From the human T2T-CHM13v2.0 reference genome, Homo sapiens: 64,000 bases of DNA. The stretch is from NCBI RefSeq assembly GCF_009914755.1, contig NC_060939.1. The stretch is one strand, 5' to 3'. Position numbers and translations under genes: made by a program. Every line of letters begins with the position of its first letter. Position 1 is the first letter of the stretch. Below the pieces are notes generated by a model. That model was not told the origin of the DNA. It was given only the letters and a program-made list of their open reading frames with translations, and made no database searches. This document shows positions 1 to 13,845 of this stretch, in pieces.

Positions 1-345
1 GCCTGGCCCCCTGCCTGCCTCCCAGCTGGGGACTGGATCGCCCTGGGCTGAGCCCCCTACTCTGGGCTCAGCCCCCTCAGGGCCAGGCCAGCCTCCCCAC
101 ATACCACCTTCTCTTGCATTAAAGCCTTTAAAGTGGACCATAGGTCCATCAAGGATAGTTCACATCTCTGTGCATTTGCACTGTGTAGCTCCTCTCTCCA
201 AACACCTTTTCTCCAACTCGTCCACCTGGCAAAGTCAACTCCAGCCTTCCTGTGGGAGAGTGGAGAGGAGAGTGCGAAATCCCCCAACTAGGAAGGAAAC
301 AGAAATGAAGGGGTGCCCCCTGCCCCCATCAGCAGTGGCACAGCC

Positions 346-1124
346 TGTAAGAATGTGAAATATACATTTGGTCTTCATCCCCATTTCCTGGCATACAACT
401 CCTAAAATCCTTGGAATCTCCAAAGTGATAAGTGTCTTTTTGTATGCTGATGATTGCCTGATGGCCGGCAGCCCCTAGGCAGCTTCAGGATGGGGCTGGT
501 CACCAGAAAGACCAGGGCAGGATTAGAGGGTTGGGACTTTCAGCCCCACCCTATGACCTCAGGGGAGGGGAGGGAGCTGAAAGTTAAATTGATGACCAAT
601 GGTTAATCAATCATGCTTACATAATGAATTCTCCATAAAAGGCCCCAAAGCAGAGGTTCTAAGAGCTTCTGGGTAGCTGAGCAAGTGGATATTAGTGGAG
701 GAAGGCTTTCCCACAGAGGGAAGCTCCACACCCCTTCCCCCACGTATCCTTTTCTAATAAAGTGATAAATGTGTTTCCCTGAGTTCTGTAACTCACTTTA
801 GGAAATTAATCAAACCAAAAGAGGGGGGTCTTGGGAACCCCAACTTGAAGCCAGTCGGTCAGAAGTTCCAGAGGCCCAGACTTGTGACTGTCTGAAGGGG
901 CTGTCAGTTTTGGTGACTGAGTCCTCAACCTGTGGGATCTGAGGCTGCCTCCAGGTAGATAGCTTCAGAATTAAATTAGAGGACACCCAGCTAGTGTCCG
1001 CTACAGAATTGCTTGTTTGTTGATGGGAAGAAGTCCCTGCATTTGGTCACAGAAGTCTTCTCTCTGTGTTAATTGTTGTTGCTGTTGAGAGAACAGGAAA
1101 AAGCAGTTGGAGTTTTTCCACCCA
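346..1124 (+). mobile_element. Solo LTR, MER21 family
   Basis: TG...CA ends with a near-perfect 5-bp TSD (cagcc/caccc); resembles the recalled MER21A/B consensus; internal CCAAT 596-600, CATAAAA 635-641 and AATAAA 756-761. Confidence 0.75.
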
Positions 1125-1250
1125 CACCCTGCTATATGAGGGCAGCTTTCTTGGGCAGGTAGCAAGTCCTGGTCGCCTAAGGGTAAGCTCTCTACCTTCC
1201 TTATTTCTTTGTTCATTCCCTTGCTGTCTGCCTGCCCCTTTCCATGTGCT

Positions 1251-1252
<2 letters not shown>

Positions 1253-1308
<56 letters not shown>
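1253..1308. repeat. (GT)n microsatellite adjoining an Alu tail
   Basis: About 28 uninterrupted GT units. Confidence 0.97.
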
Positions 1309-1309
<1 letters not shown>

Positions 1310-1310
<1 letters not shown>

Positions 1311-1603
1311 TTTTGCTTTGTTTTGTTTTGAGCTGGAGTCTCACTCTGTTACCCAGCCTGAGTTTCAGTGACATGATATCTTGGCTCACTGCAACCTCTG
1401 CCCCCTGGGCTCAAGTGATCCTCCCACTTCAGCCTCCTGGGACCACAGACACGCACCACCATGCCTGGTTAATTTTTTGTATTTTTGGTAGAGATGGGTT
1501 TCACCTTGTTGCCCAGGCTGGTCTCAAACTCCTGATTTCAAGTGATTCACCCACCTCAGCCTCCCAAAGTGCCGGGATTACAGGTGCGAGCCACCGTATA
1601 TGG
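1310..1603 (-). mobile_element. Alu (old, J-like)
   Basis: Dimeric Alu consensus in reverse orientation. Confidence 0.9.
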
Positions 1604-3216
1604 CTCTCCCTGTGCTTCTTTGCCTCAAATCCAGAAGTTATCTGAGGACACAGTCTTTCCTGGCCTTTGCTTCACAGGTAAAGTTCCTTGAGAGGATGAT
1701 GCTGGGGGGAAGGAGAGGCAGAGAGAAGGAGGGTTCCATAGACTGGGGAGGGGCAAGTGGTCAGAGGGTCCTCTGGGAGCACCACAGGGAGGTGGCAGGG
1801 GCCCAGAGGGCCTGGCATGAGGTACTGGAGAGTCTCAGAAAGCCTCCCACCCCATCCCAGGGCCCAGGCTGAGTTACTGCCTATGGATGGTGATCAGGGC
1901 GGGCCCTGAAGATGAGAGCGGCTCCTATAAGCCCCACTCTCATTTGACCCTGGGGATTGAGGAGCCTCCTGTCTGACTGAGATAGGGTTTCCCTACACCC
2001 CTCGGGATACAGGCTCAAAGTTAAGTTAAATTAGATGTCAAGAAAATAGAGAGCCGTGAGGTTTCTTGCACACCTCATAAAATAATCCACTATTGTGATC
2101 TGGCATGCGGGTCAGGAATGTCTGGAGCTCCCCCACCATGTGGAACTCACTTGTCTTCCTCTGGGGGCCTTCCAGAGAGCATCTTCACCATGAGAAGGGA
2201 TTGCTAAGGAGAGGACTTTCCGGTGCCCAGGTAGTCTCACGAGAAAGACATTTTATATAGCAGGACAGATGCATATGAGACTGGGAAAAGCTGTGATCAG
2301 CCCCTGCGGAAGGGGAAGGGGCTGGGTGAGTGGGATGCCTCAGCCATGTGTGGAGGATGGAGTCAGAGAGAGGAGTCCCAGGTGAGGATGCAGAAGATAA
2401 CTGCATCACCGGACCCTCAGACATCCCCAACAACCCGGCCTTCGGGGGTGATTAGAGAGTCATCCTGGACAGAATCACTAGGCCCTCTTGCAACTTGATG
2501 AAACATTTGGCCTCTTGCCAGTAGCCACAGGACTTGCATGGGAGACCAAGGTCACCCAGCCCCATACCCGCCTTTAGGTCTGAACTGAATCGGGGGAGGA
2601 GGTAGCAGAGTGCAGAGCTCCTGCCCCTGGCAGCTGTGCTCAGTGTCTGGTGGCGGCTGCAAAGGTCTTCCTGGCCTGACTGCTCCCAGCTCCACTCCTG
2701 CCAGTGGCTCTAGCCTTTCTGATTCCTATTTGTTTCCAAGCCTAGTTTTCTGGGCTTCATATCAGTTCTTTGAGATAGCCTGTTGTTATCTTCCTTTCCT
2801 GCTTCAATTATCCTGAGTCAGTTTCTCCTCTTTCCATCCAAGACCACCGAAGGTTGCAGAGCTGTTAGAGAATATGAGATAGTGCTATCTGGGCTGAACT
2901 GGGTGGTCCCCAGACCGTGTGTTCAGTAGAAGGAAAGAGTGAAAGCAGCAAAGTGCAACCAGATTGTAACTGCCCTGAGGGCAGGGCCTCAGTGTGACCT
3001 GCTCACAGCTGGACCTGGGAGAAGGGATGTGTTGCATGGGGAAATTGGGAACATCTGACATATAAATGGCACCACATTTAAAGACCCCCATGGTTGCCCA
3101 CTTGTTGTGGGGTAGGGGAAGGAGGTGTCACTCTGGTGGGCTTGTTTTCTGCTCCTAAGAGTGTCTTCTGTTTGGAACAGAGAAAAGAAATTGTGTCACA
3201 GAAAAACAATTGACTC

Positions 3217-4742
<1,526 letters not shown>

Positions 4743-4934
4743 GACAATGTCATTTTATTGCTAGTCACCAACATCAGATAACTCAGCTTTTCAAACGACC
4801 AGTGATACTAAGACCACCTCACAGAAGGGTGTGATCTCAGCCATTGTGGCCTAAACAAACACGTGTGTGCACATGCACAAGTGAGAGGTGGAGAGAGAGG
4901 AGGCAGGAGGCACAGTTTTTACACAATTCTCTAG

Positions 4935-4940
4935 TTTATT
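4935..4940 (-). terminator. PIF1: PIF1 polyadenylation signal AATAAA
   Basis: TTTATT on the plus strand, downstream of both stop codons. A second TTTATT lies at 4754-4759. Confidence 0.8.
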
Positions 4941-4974
4941 TGTCCGAAATAAATACAACCTGAGAACATCCATT

Positions 4975-5232
4975 TCAATGTCCCCAAACACTATTTATCC
5001 CCTGAAAAAGCAGCTTAAAATATGGGTGCACATTTTGCAGCTTATGTTCTTTGGTTAGGCTCTGAAGGGTGTTTGTTCTGGGCTGGGCTAGGCTGGGCCT
5101 AGCTGTAGAGACACACCTAAGTTCCGTTCTCTGTTTGGAGGCTGCACCCAGCCTGAGTCCCCACCAGTCCCCTCCAAGAGCCCTGATGCTGCTTCCGGAG
5201 CACCTGTCTTCATTGCCTCTCCCTTCTGCAGC
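4975..5232 (-). CDS. PIF1: PIF1 alternative terminal exon (beta isoform; 85-aa C-terminus AAEGRGNED...SVWGH)
   Basis: Phase-0 acceptor ctcctttcAG|GCT. 622+85 = 707 aa, matching the PIF1-beta length I recall. Confidence 0.85.
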   Translation of the reverse strand, partial: AAEGRGNEDRCSGSSIRALGGDWWGLRLGAASKQRTELRCVSTARPSLAQPRTNTLQSLTKEHKLQNVHPYFKLLFQGINSVWGH

Positions 5233-5581
5233 CTGAAAGGAGGGATGTTCAGGACTCTGCAGCTCTGTGTCCAGCCCTTGCAGAGAGCTTTGTCCTCTGA
5301 CATCAGCTACCACACAGGCTCATTCTCAACTGGCACAGAAAGGGTTACTTCTGACCCTACAGCAGCTTACCCAGGGCAAAGTGAGAGAAACTGAAGCACA
5401 GCTGGTATATGGGTTTAAAGTACTCTCCCTTTAACCCTGCCAGGAGGCTGAGAGTCCCTAAAAAATACAGAAGGGGACACTGCCTGCCTACTCCAGTTAT
5501 TCCCTGGGGCCCTGGGCCACTAGGGAGCAGGAGGACGGGGAGGCCACAGGCCACCCTTTGTCTTCTCTTTGTGGGTGAGGC

Positions 5582-5641
5582 TCAGAGGTTTGGGTCCATG
5601 TTCTCCTGGTCTGAGGCTGCCTCATCATCATCTGGGGACTC
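5582..5641 (-). CDS. PIF1: PIF1 exon 13 coding part (ESPDDDEAASDQENMDPNL*), alpha isoform
   Basis: atccAG|GAG acceptor; TGA at 5582-5584; completes 641 aa. Confidence 0.95.
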   Translation of the reverse strand, partial: ESPDDDEAASDQENMDPNL

Positions 5642-5857
5642 CTGGATCAGAGCCAGAGAAGCCCAGTCATGGGTTTGTGCTGTTCCCCAGGACCATAACC
5701 TGGGGGCCAGCATCTCTTTCCTTTTGCCCTCACCCCCAAAGGAGCCAGCAGAGGGCTTTTCTGCCCCCACCCCAGGTCCCACTGGGCCGGCCCTCCCTCT
5801 GTCCTAGCTCCCACCCTGCCCGTGGCCACAGCCCACCACTGGATGACTCCCTCTTAC

Positions 5858-6049
5858 CAGACTGAGGCTCCTGCCCCGCCGCAGGGTGGCATAGAAGTGC
5901 AGCACACGGGGGTCACAGCGAACCGCCATGGGGTCAAAGTCCAGCACACGTAGGCCCTGCAGGCTGCGGGCCCGAGAAAGGGCCACATAGGCCTGGCCAC
6001 TGGCAAACACACGGCCCAGAGAAATCTCCACACAATCCAGGGTCATGCC
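5858..6049 (-). CDS. PIF1: PIF1 exon 12 (GMTLD...[10 protein letters not shown]...SLSL)
   Basis: 192 nt; motif VI; donor CTG|GTAAGA. Confidence 0.96.
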
Positions 6050-6554
6050 CTGGGGGATGCAGGGACAGAGATGGAGTCAGCTCAGCCTTAAGTCCCTTGC
6101 CCCGAAAGGCCTGACCCTTTACCAGCCCTGCTACTGCCCCTGGATCTCCTCGTCCAGTCCAGAGAGTCTCTAGACAGAGGGAGAGCATGACAGCAGGTGG
6201 CTGTCTGAGTAGGAGGGGGACCGGGAGACAGATCCAGGTAAGAGTTGAGGGATGGAGTGAAAGGAAAGCACTCAGGCTCTGGGTCAGACAGGCGTGGAGC
6301 TGAATCCAGGCTGCCACTCACTAACTGTGTGACATGGGACACATGAGCCCTGGTTTCTTTCTGTGCAAAATAGGATTATTCATTATATCTATACTTTATA
6401 CTTGATACAGTGGTTGTATACAATTTATACAATTTAACGTATCTAGTGGTGGCTTAGAAAATGGTGGGGCAGGAGATGGCAGAGGGGAAGTGAATGTATC
6501 CAGGAAAGGGAGAGGAGGTGGACTTGGAAATTCACTAAAGAAAAGTTTATTCTG

Positions 6555-7475
<921 letters not shown>

Positions 7476-7540
7476 TCACCATTCCCGGGGCCATGCTGCA
7501 AAGCCCCGTAGCAGGACTGCCACCTCCTCCCAACACTTAC

Positions 7541-7628
7541 CTCTCCCTTCTGCCTCGAACCCAACTACCACCCCTCGGGCACCATTCACCAGGCCCCGAG
7601 ACACCGATAAGTTTTTCACCAGCATCAC
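7541..7628 (-). CDS. PIF1: PIF1 exon 10 (VMLVKNL...LVNGARGVV...EGR)
   Basis: 88 nt; cttgcAG|GTG and GAG|GTAAGT. Confidence 0.95.
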
Positions 7629-8400
7629 CTGCAAGGGAGAGAGAGGAATGGACAGCAGCCCCCCTACCCATGCCTGGTCTTAGCTTCGCCATGGCTGTTC
7701 TCAGAGGCTGAGGGCAGGGAGCTGTCATGGGGACACTGAATCCCAATCCTTAGCTCTGCCACTGGCTGCCTGTGACCCCTGGGGCAAGTTGCCTTATCTT
7801 CCTCGGTCCCAATTTTTCTTTATGTCAAAGAGGAATAATATTTGCTCAATTTGCCCCAGAAGGAGGTGGTAAGGGATCAATAAGGCAACCTCTATCACAG
7901 GGCTTTGAAAATGATTGGCTTGGTTATAGGTACATCTGTGGACCACAGATCTTGAGGGATGGCCTCTAGGTCCTGCCACCCCTCTCAGATACACTGTGCC
8001 TGCATTTTCCCCTTGGGTGCCCTAAGGAAAATCTTCTGCCCACCCCCAACATTGAGGGAGGAATCAGGACTGTCTCCTGTTTATAAAGTATACTACAGAA
8101 GACAGCTGTGTGGGGTAGGTATTTCATTCCCCATTTTTAGGGATGAGGGGACAGAGCTTCAGCAAGGGAAAGAAATTTGCCCAAAACAACACTGCTTGGA
8201 GGACCTCCTGGTGTAGGAAGAGAAAAACAGTAGAAAGCTTAAGATGGGAAGGTGGGTGGGAACAGGAGGCAGGGAGGTTTTCAGTGTGGTCAAAGCTGGG
8301 CCCACTGGCTGCAGAGTGGCCTGGGCAGAGGGGTAGGGATCAGCAAGGCCCATGCGGGACAGCCCAAGCTCCCAGGGGCTAGGCCCTGCTTCCCACTCAC

Positions 8401-8507
8401 CTGGGCCCCCAGCTTTAGTTGAAGGAGCTGGCTAACAGGACACTGGGCATCCAGGGTACTGGCCAGCTCAGGGTTGCTGTCCATAGCCTCAAATCTGTGT
8501 ACCTTAC
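8401..8507 (-). CDS. PIF1: PIF1 exon 9 (GKVHRFEA...LGAQ)
   Basis: 107 nt; ttttctccAG|GTAAGG and CAG|GTGAGT. Confidence 0.95.
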
Positions 8508-8601
8508 CTGGAGAAAAAGAGTTGAGCAAACAGATCACAAATCACTGACTTGTGACTCAGCATCCCAAAAAAGACTTTTTTTAAATTTTAATTTAATTTA
8601 A

Positions 8602-8718
<117 letters not shown>

Positions 8719-9130
8719 TAGCTGGGATTACAGGTGCCCACTACCACATCTGGCTAATTTTTTTCTATTTTTAGTAGAGATGGGGTTTTGCCATGTTGGG
8801 CAGGCTGGTCTCGAACTGCTGGCTTCAGGTGATCTGCCTGTCTCGGCTTCCCAAAGTGCTGGAATTACAGGTATGACCCACCGCTCCCAGCCTCCAAAAA
8901 AAACTATTAGACCAGAGCACGGGGGTAGGGAGTAGAGGCAGCGCAGGCCTGGGGGGCTGTGGAATTTAGTTCATCACACCTCTCAAAGTCACAGTTGCAT
9001 TTGCAAATATGAGGGCCTTTATGGCTTCAGAGGTTGGGGGCCTAGGACCCAGAGGCCCAGGTTGCCTGGGGGCTACATCTGCTTATAACTCTTCCCAGCT
9101 GGTCTTGCCCAGCCCAGGCTCCCTGCTCAC

Positions 9131-9270
9131 CTGGCAGCTCCTGAAGCCGCCTCTCGTTGGTGAGGGCCACATCATCCTGGTGGGTGCAGAGCCTCGTGGC
9201 CACAATCCCATCTCGCCCCACCTTGTGGGAAGCTGTGGCCTGGAGCTGGCGGGTCACCTCATCTGAACAC
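9131..9270 (-). CDS. PIF1: PIF1 exon 8 (CSDEVTRQ...LQELP)
   Basis: 140 nt; canonical junctions; overlaps ORF 9042..9257. Confidence 0.95.
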
Positions 9271-9582
9271 CTGTTGGGGCTGGACTGTCAGGGCAGAGCC
9301 CACCTGTGCAGCAGGGGAGGTGGGGAACATGGGCAGGATGGCTCAAGCAGCAGGCCATGGGTCAGGCCTTGGGACTGGAAGAGGGCACCAGGGAAGAGTT
9401 GCTGCCCCCTCAAGCTGGCCAACCTGTCCCTTCCAAACTTGGACCCCAAACATGGGGAATAAGCAGGGGCAGGGTACTGAGCTTTGATCACATGTGGGCA
9501 CCCTTCCCTGTGCTGCCCCAGGTCAGAGCTGGCCACCCTCGCACTCCATAATGCTCCTGAGGAAGTTGGCTATGATGAGTGA

Positions 9583-9959
<377 letters not shown>

Positions 9960-10267
9960 TGAGCCACCGTGCCCAGCCCCTGACACCTACTTTATGCCAG
10001 GCCTTGTGCTAGGTGATGGAGACCCAACCCTGAGGGAGGCTAGGTCCCAGCACTCACAGAGCAACCATCTCCTATGGTGCCATGATGGTCTTGACTACAA
10101 TCCATCCTGAGTTGTCCAGTGCCCTGCCCAAGGCTCCTCTTCCTGCATGGAGTGCTTGCTCCTGAGGGTAACAATTCTACCCCTTCTGTGAGTCCCTCTC
10201 TGTGTTCCACTGTGGCCCATGCCTGGATCCTCATCCCATAGCCCCTTCCCCAACCAGCAGAGCTCAC

Positions 10268-10374
10268 CTGCCTAGCCTCACGGCCTGCAGTAGAGAGATG
10301 AAGGTCTGGTCTGCCTGCCTCCACACCTTGGTCAGCTCCAGGGTCACTGGCACACACCTCTTCCAGCTCTTGGA
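10268..10374 (-). CDS. PIF1: PIF1 exon 7 (SKSWKR...VRLGR)
   Basis: 107 nt; cAG|TCC and CAG|GTGAGC; frame consistent with neighbours. Confidence 0.95.
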
Positions 10375-10452
10375 CTGGTGGGGGCAGGGTGGGGGTGGGT
10401 CAAGGAGCAGAGCAGACCCCCAAGGAGAGCAGAGCTAGGAGGTGAGTAATAC

Positions 10453-10567
10453 CTGGAAGCAGAACCGTGGGGGCTGGGAGCCCTTGGTCACAGGTGGCAG
10501 CTGCAGAAAGTCCCCACAGATGATGAGCTGGATCCCTCCGAATGGCTTGTTCTGCTGCCGGACAGCT
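10453..10567 (-). CDS. PIF1: PIF1 exon 6 (AVRQQNKPFGGIQ...GDFLQLPPV...FCFQ)
   Basis: 115 nt; Pif1 signature and motif III. Confidence 0.96.
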
Positions 10568-10652
10568 CTGGAGAGGAGCGTGGGGTGCTTTAGGGGCACA
10601 CAGAAGACCACCAGGTCCCAGTTCTCACCTGCTGCCCTCTGAACATACTGAC

Positions 10653-10806
10653 CTGGCCACGGCCTCCAGTTTGTCAAACAGGTCTGCCTCCACCATTGAG
10701 ATCTCGTCAATGACCAACCGCTGGCAGTTCAGCCAGCCCTGCCGCACGCCTGGCCTTTGGGCCAGGGCCACACACTGGGCTAGAGGAGCCTGGCCTGAGC
10801 CGATGC
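10653..10806 (-). CDS. PIF1: PIF1 exon 5 (GIGSG...IDEISM...EAVAR)
   Basis: 154 nt; Walker B; donor CAG|GTCAGT. Confidence 0.96.
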
Positions 10807-10836
10807 CTGTGAGTGACACTATTCAGCCTGGGCTAA

Positions 10837-11202
<366 letters not shown>

Positions 11203-11547
11203 TAGTAGAGACAGGGTTTTACCGTGTTAGCCAGGATAGTCTTGATCTCCTGACCTTGTGATCCGCCTGCCTCGGCCTCCCAAAGTGCTGGGATTACAGG
11301 CGTGAGCCACTGCGCCCGGCCGCTAATTTTTAAATTTTGTGGAGACAGGGTTTACTGTGTTGGCCAGGCTGGTCTCAAACTCCTGGGCTCAAGCGATCCT
11401 CCCACCTTGGCCTCCTAAAGTTTTGGGATTACAAGAGTGAGCCACAGCGCCCAGCCCCCAAAACTCCCTCTTTATGCAGACCTCCCCTCTCTCCCTTCCC
11501 AGAAGCTGGGCTTGCTCTTAGCTCAAGCCCTAGGGGTTCCTACTTAC

Positions 11548-11673
11548 CTGCAAAGGCATGGAGGGTGGTGCCCCCGATGTGGCAGGCTGCCACCCCAGTG
11601 CTGGCAGTGGCCACAGTGCCTGTGGGGGGCAGTGAGCCCAGGATTCGCTTTAGCAGATATGACTTCCCTGTTC
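11548..11673 (-). CDS. PIF1: PIF1 exon 4 (TGKSYLL...TTLHAFA)
   Basis: 126 nt; tccAG|GA and CAG|GTAAGT; completes Walker A and carries motif Ia. Confidence 0.96.
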
Positions 11674-11759
11674 CTGGACAGGGGCAAAGTTAGACAGGTC
11701 TCCCTGTTCCTCTATCCCACCCCACCACTGTCCCCCTACCTCCTCTCTGCCCCCACTAC

Positions 11760-11892
11760 CTGCACTCCCAGTGAAGAAGATGCTCTGGCCTTTCAGGACG
11801 GCCCTCAGCACAGCAGCCTGTTCCTCAGAAAGCTGTGGCTTGGTGGAGGGCAAGCTCAGCCTCTTCACAGGCAGGGGCCACCTTGGGGCTTC
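11760..11892 (-). CDS. PIF1: PIF1 exon 3 (EAPRWPLP...FFTGSAG)
   Basis: 133 nt; cccccAG|GAA and CAG|GTAGTG; first half of Walker A. Confidence 0.96.
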
Positions 11893-12267
11893 CTGGGGGG
11901 AACAGAGCTATCTCAGAGCATCCTCCCACCCGCTAGGCATTGCCCCCACCCTTCTTGGCCCATGTGCAATGCTGGGCCTGGTAACCCTTTGTCCTCTACT
12001 GCCTTCATTCCATGGAGCTCTTGGGTTTGCCTGGAGAGCTTGCCAGCAACTATTGGGGTCCCGATCTCTCCTTGTGCCCTGAAGACCCCCATTGTCCAGT
12101 CCTGGGCAGACCACACCAGTGTGGTCTACACCCTCCCTTAGCTCCTTCCCCTGGGTTCCCTAACCCTTCTCATCCTGTCACTAAAGTTTCCTTCCTGTCA
12201 CCTAAGTTTCTCTTCCTATCACAAACCTGTTTCTCACCTCAAAATACCCAAGCAAAACCCTGTCTAG

Positions 12268-12756
<489 letters not shown>

Positions 12757-13058
12757 TAACCTCAGGTGATCCACTTTAGCCTCCCAAAGTGCTGGGATTA
12801 CAGGCGTGAGCCACCATGCCCGGCCTCTGCTTTCTCTTTTAATGTAGCCAGGTCCCATTTCCTGTTTTGATTTACTCCATCTCAGGGATTACACTATAAC
12901 AACCACAGGCACAATTCCCACACCCCTGTCATACTGAGATGTCAGATGGGTATCAAATACCCACACCGGCTTCCCCTCAAACTTGGGTCTCTAGGTCTCT
13001 GCCATCTTAAAGAATGGCACATCTACTCCTAAAGGTGTCCCTTCTTTCCCGTCCTCAC

Positions 13059-13616
13059 TGTGCTAGGCTCGGCCCCAGCCTGGGGCTCCACAGGCCGCTT
13101 CACCAGCGTAGTGTCCGGAACCCGGGTGGCCGCCCTGAGCCGCCGCTCCTCGGGCTGCACAGGGCTGATGGTGACGAAGTCGCGGGGCCGCGGGCCCAGC
13201 AGCTGCGCTCGGGCGGAGGCCGGCCCGGGACCCGGGGCCGCAGCCAGCTTGAGGCGCAATGTGCGCAGGAAGCGGCGCAGGCGGTCTGGGGGGCAGTCCG
13301 AGAGCAGCAGCTGCACTGCGCCGGCCCCGGGGGTGTCGTGGGCGGGGAGCCGCAGGGTGCTGCGCCCGGCCTCGGCGAAACGCGTGAAGAGGCGCGCGGC
13401 GCGCAGAGGGAAGCAGCGCGGCCGCCCCGCGGGCCCTGGCGCTTGCAGCCGCAGCATCAACTCGCGGCGCTCGTTGCGACCCAGGCTCAGCTCCGCGGTG
13501 CGCAGGACCTGGCGCCTTCGCGGCTGCCCGCCCGGGCTCAGCTCCTCCACAGCCACGCGGCACCGCAGCTCCGAGTCCTCATATTCCCCTGCCGCCGCCT
13601 CTATGCCCGAGAGCAT
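13059..13616 (-). CDS. PIF1: PIF1 exon 2 coding part (aa 1-186, N-terminal PINT/PH-like domain); exon begins at 13635
   Basis: ATG at 13616 (MLSGIEAAAG...EPST); acceptor cttcgcAG at 13636-13637; donor ACA|GTGAGG; CpG-rich. Confidence 0.97.
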
Positions 13617-13845
13617 CGTCACCGCCTCTGCTGGTCTGCGAAGACACCGGAGCACAGGGGTCATGAGGATTCATGAAACGTAATGGGTGCTATAGGGGAC
13701 GTAATGGGTGCTATAAAGGACGTGACAGGGAGCAGGGTCAAGGCTACACAAGATCACGAGGACTGTCACTGGTAACACAAAGAGGTCACAAAGACGGAGA
13801 AAGGGCTTTGGGCTAACCGAAAATCCACCCTTAGAATATGCCCTG

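Noticed and set aside
10380-10399. G4 motif (GGGGGCAGGGTGGGGGTGGG) on the PIF1 template strand as possible autoregulation
   Set aside because: It is the complement of the C-rich polypyrimidine tract of the exon 7 acceptor; nothing in the sequence supports more.
11437-12141. 234-aa plus-strand ORF antisense to PIF1 exons 3-4
   Set aside because: It starts at a GTG inside an Alu end and has no recognisable domain.
13617-13664. Upstream in-frame ATG giving a 16-aa N-terminal PIF1 extension
   Set aside because: The ATG lies in intron 1, upstream of the 13635 acceptor, so it is absent from spliced mRNA.
13014-13683. Long overlapping ORFs (220 and 207 aa on plus, 166 aa on minus) over PIF1 exon 2
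   Set aside because: Stop-poor GC-rich shadow frames of a real exon; low-complexity products with no supporting promoter or splice structure.
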